A DNA stretch of 64,000 nt from Nitrospirota bacterium (GCA_035516155.1 DATJAP010000024.1:30992-94991), one strand, 5' to 3'; positions 20,501-29,128 are shown, counted from the first letter of the stretch. Notes: generated by a model not told the origin, from the sequence alone. Made by a program: numbers and translations.

Positions 20501-20682
20501 GCCGCGGGAACGAGAATAAGGATGTCGTTATACATAAATGGCGGACCGGGGCGCGAGGAAATGACCTCTTCAAGGAGACGTTTTTTTTCTTCCAACCCCG
20601 CATTTCCGTATGGCAGCGTCACGATGTTCATCGTTCCATCATTATGCCACAAGTCCCGCAAATTGACAACGTATCGGTCCAT
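17563..20682 (-). CDS. addB: helicase-nuclease subunit B (AddB-like, Fe-S nuclease domain)
   Basis: C-terminal DYKTGKYP nuclease motif plus CRYCPNGIMC and upstream NCPYDYY cysteines (AddB Fe-S cluster); alternative start ATG 20631. Confidence 0.85.
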   Translation of the reverse strand: MDRYVVNLRDLWHNDGTMNIVTLPYGNAGLEEKKRLLEEVISSRPGPPFMYNDILILVPAARMKRSYGRLFLDAVARIHGSAALVQPEVRTLHQFLYHLYAKINGPLLMDENSRLVLLEGVVKELITGKSSFGDQPDILAPSLSAVVADMLEQLSSAGIASQQLTATVRDSDFSDKSQVKLLVDAYERYEKMMAEKNLLDPAGTLMLLTDRFDPAWLSPYAQIIIDGINDVDEIQARLIRKIAVHPGCTILVDAPSAESIRRAGEHHPLRLTKDFLGSIGLSPGPSAAAASPEDRFLSEALFSDKPFALVAEKAPQPDSFNKNIRVLSAVSIREEVSLIAGEVKKSLRLGAAPDSILVAFPALDEYGPLVEELFNDFGIPYNRALGRQLSTSPVTMAILSLLRAVQEDFSGPSLMRIVSSPFLKFGEHPLVAPALDRLMRDRRIPGGKYKLLAALRYQSRDNGDGDILTDLVADLFKALDPFSAEESAPLALWMKKLADLMAWSDLGVRVEAIKGPLNINSQAYKKLIETLASLGRAGNLFPEYRYTFGEWHFLLRKTFMHTRFQVPPEDEGGVQILGLSESRGHAWNEIYLGGLTDANFPQRLPQNIFLPEATLESLGVRTLERARMAAAHHFYRLLLSAASVTLSYPEHEGDQPSVPSPFLEELAPLRKAGLINRGVEKTSGIQFSLKIEESRSIPELAKAIAVNGYGRRLSTILNAPIKGMAGIQSAIDYHPAESASPLVLPLKRGFTVTELDTYLNCPYDYYVLKVLGMKPLEEVTEDISPLDRGSKVHAILRNFYLSWNEAITGENRGEARALLGKLADSAFKAEADTFRNRRDKEMFLAIMAERFLDSEEKFWQQGMRPAYLEWKIEGYRLVLSNGMEVELSAKIDRIDADESGNFMIVDYKTGKYPQPKMSADQDIFQLPVYAAMARTALKSGSPVLKMPVGLVYYDLSGRVGGAARDVVLFDKEVLSDQPSSKPKASPRSSEEFDAILKQSMNKARKAVEGILAGDYTPKPQDENKCRYCPNGIMCRNEER

Positions 20683-20758
20683 GCCGGTCCATGCACACTT
20701 AAGGCCTCATTTATTGCTGCCGAAGTCGTGTGAAGCGCTTTCCCGGGAGGAAAATTTA

Positions 20759-20787
20759 TTGACAATGAATTGTGCATGCTTTATAAT
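20759..20787 (+). promoter_or_regulatory. consensus sigma70 promoter TTGACA-17-TATAAT
   Basis: perfect -35 and -10 hexamers with 17-nt spacer, 15 nt before ferredoxin ATG. Confidence 0.5.
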
Positions 20788-20801
20788 TCAAAACAGTTGT
20801 T

Positions 20802-21002
20802 ATGCAATTTAAAGTTACGACAGAAATATGCACTGGGTGCGGGACCTGCATGGATGTTTGTCCGGCCGAAGCGATCAGGATCGAGAACGGCAAGGCGGAG
20901 ATCACCATGGAGTGCATAGACTGCGGGGCATGTCCCCGCGTCTGTCCCGAGGGCGCGATCAAAATGCAAACGGCGTCCGTTCCGGTGTCGACGGTTAAAT
21001 AA
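20802..21002 (+). CDS. 2x[4Fe-4S] ferredoxin
   Basis: [12 protein letters not shown] and [12 protein letters not shown] motifs in 66 aa. Confidence 0.8.
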   Translation: MQFKVTTEICTGCGTCMDVCPAEAIRIENGKAEITMECIDCGACPRVCPEGAIKMQTASVPVSTVK

Positions 21003-21018
21003 TTTTGAGGAGGCTGGC

Positions 21019-21342
21019 ATGGCAGAAGCGGTAACGAGTGCGACGTGGGAACAGGAAGTTCTGAAAGCGTCCGGGTTGGTCCTGGTTGACTTCTGGGCGG
21101 TGTGGTGCGGGCCCTGCAGGATGGTGGCGCCGATCGTGGACGAGATTTCCAAGGAATACGAAGGCAAGCTCAAGGTTTTTAAGCTCAATACCGACGAGAA
21201 CCCCGATGTAGCCGGCAAGTACCGCATCATGGGCATTCCGACTCTCATGTTTTTCAAGGGCGGTCAGACCGTTGACCAGGTTGTCGGTGCCGTGCCGAAA
21301 GCACAGCTCAAAACCAAGGTTGACACATTGCTCGCAAAGTAG
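21019..21342 (+). CDS. trxA: thioredoxin
   Basis: WAVWCGPCR active site, 107 aa, GAGGAGG SD. Confidence 0.9.
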   Translation: MAEAVTSATWEQEVLKASGLVLVDFWAVWCGPCRMVAPIVDEISKEYEGKLKVFKLNTDENPDVAGKYRIMGIPTLMFFKGGQTVDQVVGAVPKAQLKTKVDTLLAK

Positions 21343-21461
21343 CATGCCCCGTCCTGTTCCCTGGCTGGTTGCACGCTGTTTTGGTTTCGGAGGCTGCCCG
21401 ATTCACTGGGCAGCTTTGCTTTTCATGGCTGATGAAGACCCCTGCTGAAGGAGACGTGTAA

Positions 21462-21950
21462 ATGTCGAGGAAATATCTGGTAACAGCCATTCTTGTCCTG
21501 GCGGTCCTGTTCGGGTGCACCCATAAGGGCACACCGTCGGGTGGCAACGTTGCGGCTGACTTTGTGCTCCAGGACATGAACGGGAACAATGTCAGGCTCT
21601 CCGACTACCGGGGCAAGGTTGTCTTGCTTGAGTTCTGGGCCACCTGGTGTCCGCCCTGCCGCGCCTCCATCCCCGGCATCGAAAAGCTCTACAATGCTTA
21701 CAAGGACAAGGGGCTCGTCGTTCTTGCCGTTTCTCTTGACGAGGGTGGATGGGACGCGGTAAAGTCCTTTATTTCGAGCAACGGTATGACCTACACGGTC
21801 CTCAAGGGCAATGATGATGTATCAGATAGCTATCAGGTTCGCACGATCCCGATGATGCTCGTCGTGGACAAGGACGGCCGGATATCGAAACGCTACCTCG
21901 GGTTCGGAAACGAAGAAGACCTCGAGAAGGATATCCAAACCATTCTTTGA
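21462..21950 (+). CDS. TlpA/ResA-like thiol:disulfide oxidoreductase lipoprotein
   Basis: lipobox LFGC, WATWCPPCR active site, AhpC/TSA-thioredoxin fold. Confidence 0.8.
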   Translation: MSRKYLVTAILVLAVLFGCTHKGTPSGGNVAADFVLQDMNGNNVRLSDYRGKVVLLEFWATWCPPCRASIPGIEKLYNAYKDKGLVVLAVSLDEGGWDAVKSFISSNGMTYTVLKGNDDVSDSYQVRTIPMMLVVDKDGRISKRYLGFGNEEDLEKDIQTIL

Positions 21951-22024
21951 ACCAGACGCTAATGCGATTCCGGTTTTTTAATTTGACAAGGCACGGACCT
22001 GCCGCTATAATGTTTTTCGGAAAA

Positions 22025-22100
22025 GCGGGCGTAGCTCAGCTGGTAGAGTACAAGCTTCCCAAGCTTGGGGTCGCGGGTTCGAGACCCGTCGCCCGCTCCA
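22025..22100 (+). tRNA. tRNA-Gly (anticodon CCC)
   Basis: cloverleaf folds manually: acceptor GCGGGCG/CGCCCGC, D arm TAGCTCAGCTGGTAGAG, anticodon stem CAAGC/GCTTG with loop TTCCCAA, T arm GCGGG-TTCGAGA-CCCGT, encoded CCA. Confidence 0.85.
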
Positions 22101-22115
22101 TTTTCATACCAATAA

Positions 22116-22142
22116 TCCGAGGGCCTGTCTCTCGGATTTTTT
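22116..22142 (+). terminator. rho-independent terminator after tRNA-Gly
   Basis: TCCGAG-ggcctgtct-CTCGGA followed by TTTTTT. Confidence 0.6.
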
Positions 22143-22417
22143 GTTTCTCCGAGAGCTGCCCGGGTCCATCCATCACTACGATTGGCTCCTGAAAATTCAG
22201 ACTCGCATATCCTTGCGCGTTTTCAGGAGTGCTGTCATCATTCGCCGTGCAGATCCTGTCCAGAAAAACCCCGTCATGCAGCGCTTGTGAGCTGATGGAA
22301 TACCGCACAGCAGAAAATGGCGGACCCCGACTCTCCGGCGACAATGCTATAATAAGCCATAGATAATTTTAGAAGGCAGAAAGGGACCGTAGGTGCGCGT
22401 AAAAAAGAGAGGCGAGT

Positions 22418-23236
22418 ATGAACAAGGAGCAGTTTAAACGACGGTATTTTCTAATGCACGGCTGCTTCATCGCGTTATTCATTGTTTTCATATCCGGCTA
22501 TCCGGGCGTGCTGCAAGCACAGGAGTTATCCGCCTTCGTGCAGTCTCTTCCCTCGACCAGTCTGACAGGAACCGATTTGTCTCTGAAATGCCTCGGGTGC
22601 CATAACTACGCGGAAAATCATCATCCTATCGGTATTGTTCCTTCTCAACCCGTCAACTACCCTTTCCCGCTCTATAATGGGAAAATCATGTGTACGACCT
22701 GCCACATTGAGGACCATTTAGGGAGCGTAAATCTCTTGCGGGAAGGTCCGTATGTCGATGAGCGGGAGTTCTGCTTTAAGTGTCATGCTGAGGGGAAATA
22801 TGCGGAGATCGATCCTCACATCATGCTGGATGGCTCTGGCAACATACAGAACGTGAACAAGCGGCCGGTTTGTCTCTTCTGCCATTCGGTAAAGCCCAAC
22901 CCGGCAACGGACCGGACCGGAGATGTCCTGTTTAGGGCGGATGTCGCTTTTCTCTGCTGGCGCTGTCATCCTTCCATGGCAAATCCAATATTCTTCAAAG
23001 AGCATTTCTTGGTAACGCCATCAATGGAGATGAGGAGGTTTATGGGAGAGCAGGAACGGCGGTTACAAGTGACCATTCCCTTGGTGCCCAGAGGCCGCAT
23101 TACGTGCTCGACGTGCCATAATCCTCATCAAAAGGACGTCATTCTCTATGGTCCTTCCGCCAGCGGGGCCGACGCTCCGTTCAGGCTCCGACTGCCGGCG
23201 GACAAAATCTGCATTGTCTGCCACGATGTCATATAA
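22418..23236 (+). CDS. heptahaem c-type cytochrome, secreted
   Basis: seven CxxCH motifs (CLGCH, CTTCH, CFKCH, CLFCH, CWRCH, CSTCH, CIVCH), N-terminal signal peptide, AGAGAGG SD. Confidence 0.85.
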   Translation: MNKEQFKRRYFLMHGCFIALFIVFISGYPGVLQAQELSAFVQSLPSTSLTGTDLSLKCLGCHNYAENHHPIGIVPSQPVNYPFPLYNGKIMCTTCHIEDHLGSVNLLREGPYVDEREFCFKCHAEGKYAEIDPHIMLDGSGNIQNVNKRPVCLFCHSVKPNPATDRTGDVLFRADVAFLCWRCHPSMANPIFFKEHFLVTPSMEMRRFMGEQERRLQVTIPLVPRGRITCSTCHNPHQKDVILYGPSASGADAPFRLRLPADKICIVCHDVI

Positions 23237-23753
23237 AGATTCCCGCTGTATCCGGATCGCATGCCGGCAGTAGCGTCACGAGAAACAATATGTGTAACAT
23301 AGTTTACCTATAATCTATGGATAGCTTCGGTTCTGCAGACCATGGACGAGTCTATGCTTATTGGAGTCAGCGTCACCGTGCAGAACGATGAGAAACCTGA
23401 CAAGATAGCCGAAGAGGAGCATCACTGACAAAATTACCGTGCATGTTCACCGTGTCCCTGGGGCAGGCCAATCAGACACGCTTCCATGCGAAGGAACATG
23501 GTCGCAACAGGACGTGCAGCCTTGAGCGGTTGATTGCCGAGGAGAAAATAAACGAAAAGGCAATCTGGACTGGAACGATAGAACCGCTGGAGAACACCTG
23601 ACTCAAAAAACATGCAACAAATTATCGGAACTGAGGAGGCACTACCGGAAAAAGACCACCTGGATGCCGCGCATGACCCTTAGCGCAAGAACGAGGCGGC
23701 AATAGTCCCCAGTGTGGCCTGAATTCCGGTTGGTTTGAGCGCTAAACAAGCTC

Positions 23754-23783
23754 TTGACAACGACTAAGTACTTGCTTTATCAT
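23754..23783 (+). promoter_or_regulatory. sigma70-like promoter TTGACA-17-TTATCA
   Basis: consensus -35, 17-nt spacer, -10-like hexamer; sits directly in front of the tRNA-like fragment. Confidence 0.4.
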
Positions 23784-23795
23784 CATTCAGGTCGA

Positions 23796-23830
23796 GGGGG
23801 TTGCGGGTTCGAGACCCGTTGCCCGCTCCA
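23796..23830 (+). repeat. partial tRNA-Gly 3' half (variable loop to CCA), imperfect direct repeat of 22067-22100
   Basis: GGGGTTGCGGGTTCGAGACCCGTTGCCCGCTCCA matches the tRNA-Gly 3' half at 32 of 34 positions; no 5' half upstream. Confidence 0.7.
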
Positions 23831-23863
23831 GTTTAACAACTTCGTTAAATTATTCCACAGTGA

Positions 23864-23896
23864 CCCTTGCCTGATGAATCAGGTGGGGGTTTTTTG
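23864..23896 (+). terminator. GC-rich hairpin plus U-tract 24 nt before cobU
   Basis: CCCTTGCCTGA-tgaa-TCAGGTGGGGG followed by TTTTTT. Confidence 0.5.
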
Positions 23897-23919
23897 TTAT
23901 GGCCTGGGGAACCATCATG

Positions 23920-24438
23920 GCAAACAAAATTATTCTTATTACCGGCGGGGCTCGGTCCGGGAAATCATCCTATGCCGAGAAACTGGCGACGAGTCTGGCC
24001 GGCAAGCGGGCTTACCTTGCAACGGCCCAGGCCCTGGATGAAGAAATGGCCGCGAAAATAGAAAAACATAGGCATGACCGCGGCAGCGCCTGGGACACCT
24101 ATGAAGAACCGCTGGCTGTTGCAGAACTCCTGCACAAGCTATCGGACCGTTACCAGGTGGCGCTTCTTGACTGCCTGACGCTGTGGCTCAGCAATGTCAT
24201 GGCCCATACAGATGGTGATGGCACGGTTAATCTTCGCTCGGAAGAGTTAGTGAAGGCTGCCAAGAATTTCTCAGGGACGTGCATCATAGTGTCGAACGAG
24301 GTGGGACTGGGCATCGTTCCTGACAACCCGCTTGCAAGAAAATTCCGGGACTTTGCCGGCATGCTCAACCAGAAGGTCGCCCAGAATGCGGACGAGGTTT
24401 ATTTTACGGCTTCGGGAATACCGGTAAGGCTTAAATAG
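23920..24438 (+). CDS. cobU: adenosylcobinamide kinase / adenosylcobinamide-phosphate guanylyltransferase
   Basis: P-loop ITGGARSGKSSYAE, CobU length. Confidence 0.9.
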   Translation, partial: ANKIILITGGARSGKSSYAEKLATSLAGKRAYLATAQALDEEMAAKIEKHRHDRGSAWDTYEEPLAVAELLHKLSDRYQVALLDCLTLWLSNVMAHTDGDGTVNLRSEELVKAAKNFSGTCIIVSNEVGLGIVPDNPLARKFRDFAGMLNQKVAQNADEVYFTASGIPVRLK

Positions 24439-24527
24439 CGGGGCAAGGTTTGGGGGCATGGATAAAGAACAAAAAGGATTAAAACAGCCGATGCGAAGAG
24501 CCGGTTGAAGAAAAAAAGGAGAGGGCA

Positions 24528-25604
24528 TTGAAACAACTGACGGAAGCTTTAAAAAATATTCGTCCTGTAGACACGTCGCGTACGGGCGAGGTCCAGGCCC
24601 GTCTGGACAACCTGACAAAGCCGCAGGGAAGCCTTGGCCGGCTCGAAGAACTTGCGAAAAAATACTGCCTCATTACGGGTCGGGACAAGCCGCTGATCAG
24701 GAACAAGCTTATTTTCACTTTCGCCGGCGACCACGGTGTAACGGAAGAGGGCGTCAGCGCCTATCCTAAGGAAGTAACTCCCCAGATGGTTCTCAATTTC
24801 CTTCGCGGCGGCGCCGGGGTGAACGTTCTCGCGAAGCATGTGGGCGCACGGGTGATCGTCGTGGACATGGGCGTTGATTACGAGTTCGAGACCAGGGAAG
24901 GGCTGGAAATCAGGAAGATCGGTCGCGGCACCAGGAACATGACCAAGGGACCGGCGATGAGCCGGGAAGAAGCGGAACGAGCGGTGATTGCCGGAATAGA
25001 ACTGGTCGAAAAGTACAAGGACGGCCTCGACCTGCTCGGCACCGGCGATATGGGCATCGGCAACACAACTCCGTCCTCGGCCATTGTCTCGGTCATAACG
25101 GGCATAGATCCTGGGCGCGTGACCGGACGCGGCACGGGAATCGACGATCATTCGTTCCGGAACAAGGTGGCCGTTATCAAAAAGGCGATAGCGGTAAACA
25201 ATCCCGATCCCATGGACGCCCTTGACGTGCTTGCCAAGGTCGGCGGCTACGAGATCGCAGGCATCGCCGGCCTTGTGCTCGGGGCGGCTCTGTACCGGAT
25301 CCCCATCGTGCTTGACGGATTCATATCGACCGCCGGCGCGCTTATTGCCGCGGAATTGAATCCCCTGGTCAAGGGATATATGATCGCGGCGCATCAGTCC
25401 GTCGAGATCGGCCATCGCGCGATGCTTGCTCACCTAGAACAGGTCCCGCTCCTGGACCTGAACCTCAGGCTGGGAGAGGGAACCGGCGCGGCTCTCGGCA
25501 TGTCGCTCGTCGAGGCGGGTGTGAAGATACTTGCCGAGATGGCCACCTTCGCCGATGCGGGCGTTGCAGAGAAGCATGAGGAACCGGTGAAGCGGGAGGC
25601 ATGA
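24528..25604 (+). CDS. cobT: nicotinate-nucleotide--dimethylbenzimidazole phosphoribosyltransferase
   Basis: CobT motifs [12 protein letters not shown] and LGEGTGAA; TTG start with AGGAGA SD. Confidence 0.9.
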   Translation: MKQLTEALKNIRPVDTSRTGEVQARLDNLTKPQGSLGRLEELAKKYCLITGRDKPLIRNKLIFTFAGDHGVTEEGVSAYPKEVTPQMVLNFLRGGAGVNVLAKHVGARVIVVDMGVDYEFETREGLEIRKIGRGTRNMTKGPAMSREEAERAVIAGIELVEKYKDGLDLLGTGDMGIGNTTPSSAIVSVITGIDPGRVTGRGTGIDDHSFRNKVAVIKKAIAVNNPDPMDALDVLAKVGGYEIAGIAGLVLGAALYRIPIVLDGFISTAGALIAAELNPLVKGYMIAAHQSVEIGHRAMLAHLEQVPLLDLNLRLGEGTGAALGMSLVEAGVKILAEMATFADAGVAEKHEEPVKREA

Positions 25605-25676
25605 GAGGGACGATCCGACGCTGAGGGACTGCACTGCGCGCCAATGCCGAATAATGAACGCATTAAGGAAACCGGG

Positions 25677-26447
25677 ATGATAAAGAATTTTATAACAGCA
25701 CTGCAGTTTTTGACAATATTCAGGGTTAACAAAAAGCACGAGATCGAGGAAAGCGACCTGGCGCGGTCCATGATCTATTTCCCTCTGATTGGATTCCTTG
25801 TTGGGGTGATCCTGGTCAATGCGGACAAACTTTTTACGGTCATAGCACTTCCCCAAACGATCGGCACGCTCCTGATTCTCATCATCTCCGTCCTGATCAC
25901 CCGGGCACTCCATGTCGACGGACTCGCTGACACGCTTGACGGCCTGATGGGTGGACGTGATCATGCTTCACGCCTTGCCATCATGAAGGACAGCAGGATC
26001 GGGACTGCCGGCGCGCTCGGCATCCTCTTCTCCCTGTTCATGAAATATCTCTGCCTCAACAACCTCATTGAGAGCGACCGGGTTGCCGTGCTGCTGACCG
26101 CTCCTGTGTTGGGGCGCTGGTCCCAGACTTTCATGGTGTTCAATACCAACTACGGACGCGAAGACGGGATGGGAAAGGCATTTGTCGGCCATCTACGGTC
26201 CAGCAGCCTGGTTGCCGCATCCCTGCTCGCGGCAGGGCTGACGGCATTCGTGGTCGTGCGGCTGGATATCCACTCTGTATTGCTGTGCGTCAGTGTTCTG
26301 TGTGGCGTTCTGCTTCTCACGTACCTCGGGAAGCGTTACTTGATCAGGAAGCTCAGGGGCGTGACAGGAGACGCGATCGGAGCGATGAACGAACTCAATG
26401 AATTGCTGGTGCTCCTTATTTTTGTGATTTTTTCAGGCGGGAATTAG
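25677..26447 (+). CDS. cobS: adenosylcobinamide-GDP ribazoletransferase (cobalamin synthase)
   Basis: polytopic membrane CobS family; ATG 25677 with AAGGAAA SD. Confidence 0.85.
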   Translation: MIKNFITALQFLTIFRVNKKHEIEESDLARSMIYFPLIGFLVGVILVNADKLFTVIALPQTIGTLLILIISVLITRALHVDGLADTLDGLMGGRDHASRLAIMKDSRIGTAGALGILFSLFMKYLCLNNLIESDRVAVLLTAPVLGRWSQTFMVFNTNYGREDGMGKAFVGHLRSSSLVAASLLAAGLTAFVVVRLDIHSVLLCVSVLCGVLLLTYLGKRYLIRKLRGVTGDAIGAMNELNELLVLLIFVIFSGGN

Positions 26448-26451
26448 CACC

Positions 26452-27048
26452 ATGCCGACGCGAGTGTATCTCATGCGCCATGGTGAAGTGGCGAACGGCG
26501 GAGAAAAGCGCTATAACGGCCATATCGACATCGACATCACCGACAAGGGCATCGATCAGATGCACCGTCTGGCGGGATTGCTTTCCGGGAAGAACATATC
26601 GGCGGTTTACTGCAGCGACCTCATCCGCTCCCTCAAGGGTGCGGACATCGTTTCACAAAGTCTCGGCCTGACATATACACCCCTCCCCGAGCTCCGCGAA
26701 CGGAGTGTGGGGGCATGGGAAGGACTCACAGCCGATGAAATAAAGCAGCGTTATCCCGAGGAGTACAAGAGATGGAGGGCCGACCTGCTCAGCTACCGAC
26801 CGCCGTCCGGCGAGTGTCTGCTTGACGTGAGGGACAGGGTCCTTCCGGTATACAAGAAAAAGGTGTCATTTCATCCCGACCAGGAAATCGCCATGCTGCT
26901 GCACGGCGGCGTGAACCGGATCATTCTTGCCGATGCGCTTGGCCTCGACCTCGTGAACCTATTCAGAATCGACCAATCATTCGGTGCCTTGAACATCATC
27001 GATTACTTCGACGACGGGATGACCGTAGTCAAGCTGGCGAATGGCTGA
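26452..27048 (+). CDS. cobC: alpha-ribazole phosphatase (histidine phosphatase family)
   Basis: RHGE catalytic motif at N-terminus, last gene of the cob cluster. Confidence 0.8.
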   Translation: MPTRVYLMRHGEVANGGEKRYNGHIDIDITDKGIDQMHRLAGLLSGKNISAVYCSDLIRSLKGADIVSQSLGLTYTPLPELRERSVGAWEGLTADEIKQRYPEEYKRWRADLLSYRPPSGECLLDVRDRVLPVYKKKVSFHPDQEIAMLLHGGVNRIILADALGLDLVNLFRIDQSFGALNIIDYFDDGMTVVKLANG

Positions 27049-27065
27049 AGCCTCCCGAAATTCTG

Positions 27066-27094
27066 TTGACTTTGATGAGCTTGTACGGTAATGT
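27066..27094 (+). promoter_or_regulatory. sigma70-like promoter TTGACT-17-TAATGT for the thi leader
   Basis: read directly; about 14 nt upstream of the TPP aptamer. Confidence 0.45.
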
Positions 27095-27107
27095 AGATAT
27101 ACCATAA

Positions 27108-27192
27108 CCTGGGGGAGCTGTATGGCTGAGAGTCCTGATTTCAGGGGACGACCCTTAGAACCTGATCCGGGTAGTACCGGCGTAGGGAAGGC
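27108..27192 (+). promoter_or_regulatory. TPP riboswitch (THI element)
   Basis: CCUGGGGGAGC...GGCUGAGA...ACCCUUAGAACCUGAUCCGGGUAGUACCGGCGUAGGGAAGG matches the THI-box consensus. Confidence 0.9.
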
Positions 27193-27223
27193 CAGTCAAT
27201 GATCATCGTATAAACCTTTGCCA

Positions 27224-27258
27224 GCCGTATCTTCGGATACGGCTTTGTTGTTTTTTTT
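27224..27258 (+). terminator. intrinsic terminator (riboswitch expression platform)
   Basis: AGCCGTATC-ttcg-GATACGGCT followed by TTTGTTGTTTTTTTT. Confidence 0.7.
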
Positions 27259-27305
27259 GCTGCAGAGAAAACTTTGTATCCTGCGGTTATAATATCGCAT
27301 GGTTT

Positions 27306-27554
27306 ATGAATAATATGATTATAACCCTCAATGGCGAGAAAAAAGAAGTTCATGACGGCATTTCCATCACGGGGCTGCTGGAATTTTTGAAGATACAGCA
27401 CCAACGGGTGGCTGTTGAGCTGAATATGGAAGTCGTGAGAAAAGACAAGTTCGACGTGACGGCCATTCACGAGGGAGACAGCCTCGAAGTGGTGAGCTTC
27501 ATGGCAGGGGGGGTAGATCGAGGTCCGGAGCTCACAATTCAGGGTTCAAGGTAA
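27306..27554 (+). CDS. thiS: sulfur carrier protein ThiS, with apparent 13-codon tail after GG
   Basis: ubiquitin-like ThiS fold ending ...VVSFMAGG; ORF continues [13 protein letters not shown] because of a G7 run at 27507-27513. Confidence 0.75.
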   Translation: MNNMIITLNGEKKEVHDGISITGLLEFLKIQHQRVAVELNMEVVRKDKFDVTAIHEGDSLEVVSFMAGGVDRGPELTIQGSR

Positions 27555-27573
27555 CGATAAGGAGTACTGGAAT

Positions 27574-28353
27574 ATGACTGACGACAGACTCATCATAGCA
27601 GGAATAGAATTCCAATCCCGGCTTTGGGTGGGCACAGGAAAATACAAGGATTTCGCAGAAACGAAGAAAGCCATCGAGGTTTCCGGCACCGACGTCGTGA
27701 CCGTGTCCGTGCGGCGCGTGAATATCATCGACAAGAGCAAGGAAAACCTGCTCGATTACATTGATCCGAAAAAATACAAGATCCTGCCGAATACCGCGGG
27801 CTGCTACACGGCCAAGGACGCCATCCGCACGGCAATGCTGGCCGCGGAGGCGGGAATCACGAAACTCGTGAAGCTGGAAGTGATCGGCGATGACAGGACG
27901 CTGTTTCCGGACAACGAAGCCACGCTGGAGGCGGCAAGAGTCCTGGTCAAGGAAGGTTTAATCGTGTTGCCCTACACCAGCGATGACCCGATCATGGCGA
28001 AGAAGCTTGTGGACATTGGCTGCCCGGCAGTCATGCCGCTTGCAGCTCCCATCGGTTCCGGTCTCGGTATCAGAAACCCTTACAACATCCGGATCATCAT
28101 GGAAACGGCAAAGGTGCCGATTATTGTGGACGCAGGAGTGGGTACGGCGTCGGATGTTGCGCTTGCCATGGAACTGGGCTGCGACGCGGTGCTTCTAAAC
28201 ACTGCAATCGCCGGCGCCAAAGATCCCATCGCCATGGCGGAGGCAATGAAGTACGGCGTACTCGGCGGAAGGCTTGCCTACAAGGCGGGACGGATACCGA
28301 AGAAACTTTACGCGACAGCCAGCAGCCCGCTGGAAGGGATGATAGGAAACTGA
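27574..28353 (+). CDS. thiG: thiazole synthase
   Basis: ThiG TIM-barrel signature, AAGGAG SD. Confidence 0.9.
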   Translation: MTDDRLIIAGIEFQSRLWVGTGKYKDFAETKKAIEVSGTDVVTVSVRRVNIIDKSKENLLDYIDPKKYKILPNTAGCYTAKDAIRTAMLAAEAGITKLVKLEVIGDDRTLFPDNEATLEAARVLVKEGLIVLPYTSDDPIMAKKLVDIGCPAVMPLAAPIGSGLGIRNPYNIRIIMETAKVPIIVDAGVGTASDVALAMELGCDAVLLNTAIAGAKDPIAMAEAMKYGVLGGRLAYKAGRIPKKLYATASSPLEGMIGN

Positions 28354-28422
28354 AAATCGCCTTGGGCAGTGAGCAGTGTGCAAACCCTAAGCACCATGCC
28401 CTCTGATGCGGAGGAGGTTACG

Positions 28423-29079
28423 TTGTCGGTCGATTTCAAACTGTATCTCATTACTGACCGGAAGCAGATAAAAATGCCGCTTCCAGTAGCCGTCAGGCAC
28501 GCGCTTTCTGGCGGCGTGAAGGCGATCCAGGTCCGGGAAAAGGACTTGCCGGTGAGGGAGCTGCTGAGCCTCTCACAGGAACTCAGGGTATTAACCAAGG
28601 AATTCGGCGCAAAGCTCTTCATTAACGATCAGGTGGACATTGCCGTAGCAGTTGAGGCAGACGGTGTCCATCTTGGTCATCAGAGCATGCCGTCACCAGC
28701 AGTCAGAAAAATAGTCGGCAATAAGATGCTGATCGGCGTCTCAACTCACAATATCGATGAAGCTCGTGCCGCGGATTCCGAAGGGGCTGATTTTATTACC
28801 TTCGGTCCCATTTTTGAAACACCATCAAAATCAAAAATGGGAAATCCGCTCGGTTTGGAGGCATTAAAAGACGTTAAAAGAGCCGTAAACATTCCTATTT
28901 TTGCCTTGGGTGGGATACATGGAAGAAATATTGGCCATGTTTTGTGGTCCGGCGCTTATGGAGTTGCCATGATATCGGCGATTTTCGGTGCAGAGGATAT
29001 CAAGAAAAAAGCCAAGAACATAACCGAAATGATCCAGATTGTTGATAGATCCATTTGTGTTCAGTGCGGTCGAAAGTAA
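28423..29079 (+). CDS. thiE: thiamine-phosphate synthase
   Basis: KLYLITD N-terminus, HLGHQSM and GGI motifs; TTG 28423 preceded by GGAGGAGG SD (track ORF begins at GTG 28369). Confidence 0.85.
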   Translation: MSVDFKLYLITDRKQIKMPLPVAVRHALSGGVKAIQVREKDLPVRELLSLSQELRVLTKEFGAKLFINDQVDIAVAVEADGVHLGHQSMPSPAVRKIVGNKMLIGVSTHNIDEARAADSEGADFITFGPIFETPSKSKMGNPLGLEALKDVKRAVNIPIFALGGIHGRNIGHVLWSGAYGVAMISAIFGAEDIKKKAKNITEMIQIVDRSICVQCGRK

Positions 29080-29128
29080 TTGGAACTTCAGTGACCTGCG
29101 AAGAATCGGAAATCAATCGAGGTGCGGA

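Noticed and set aside
23237-23900. Cobalamin riboswitch expected upstream of cobU
   Set aside because: No B12 box or GCCACUG element on the + strand. A GCCACACUGG-like string exists only on the minus strand, where it could not regulate cobU.
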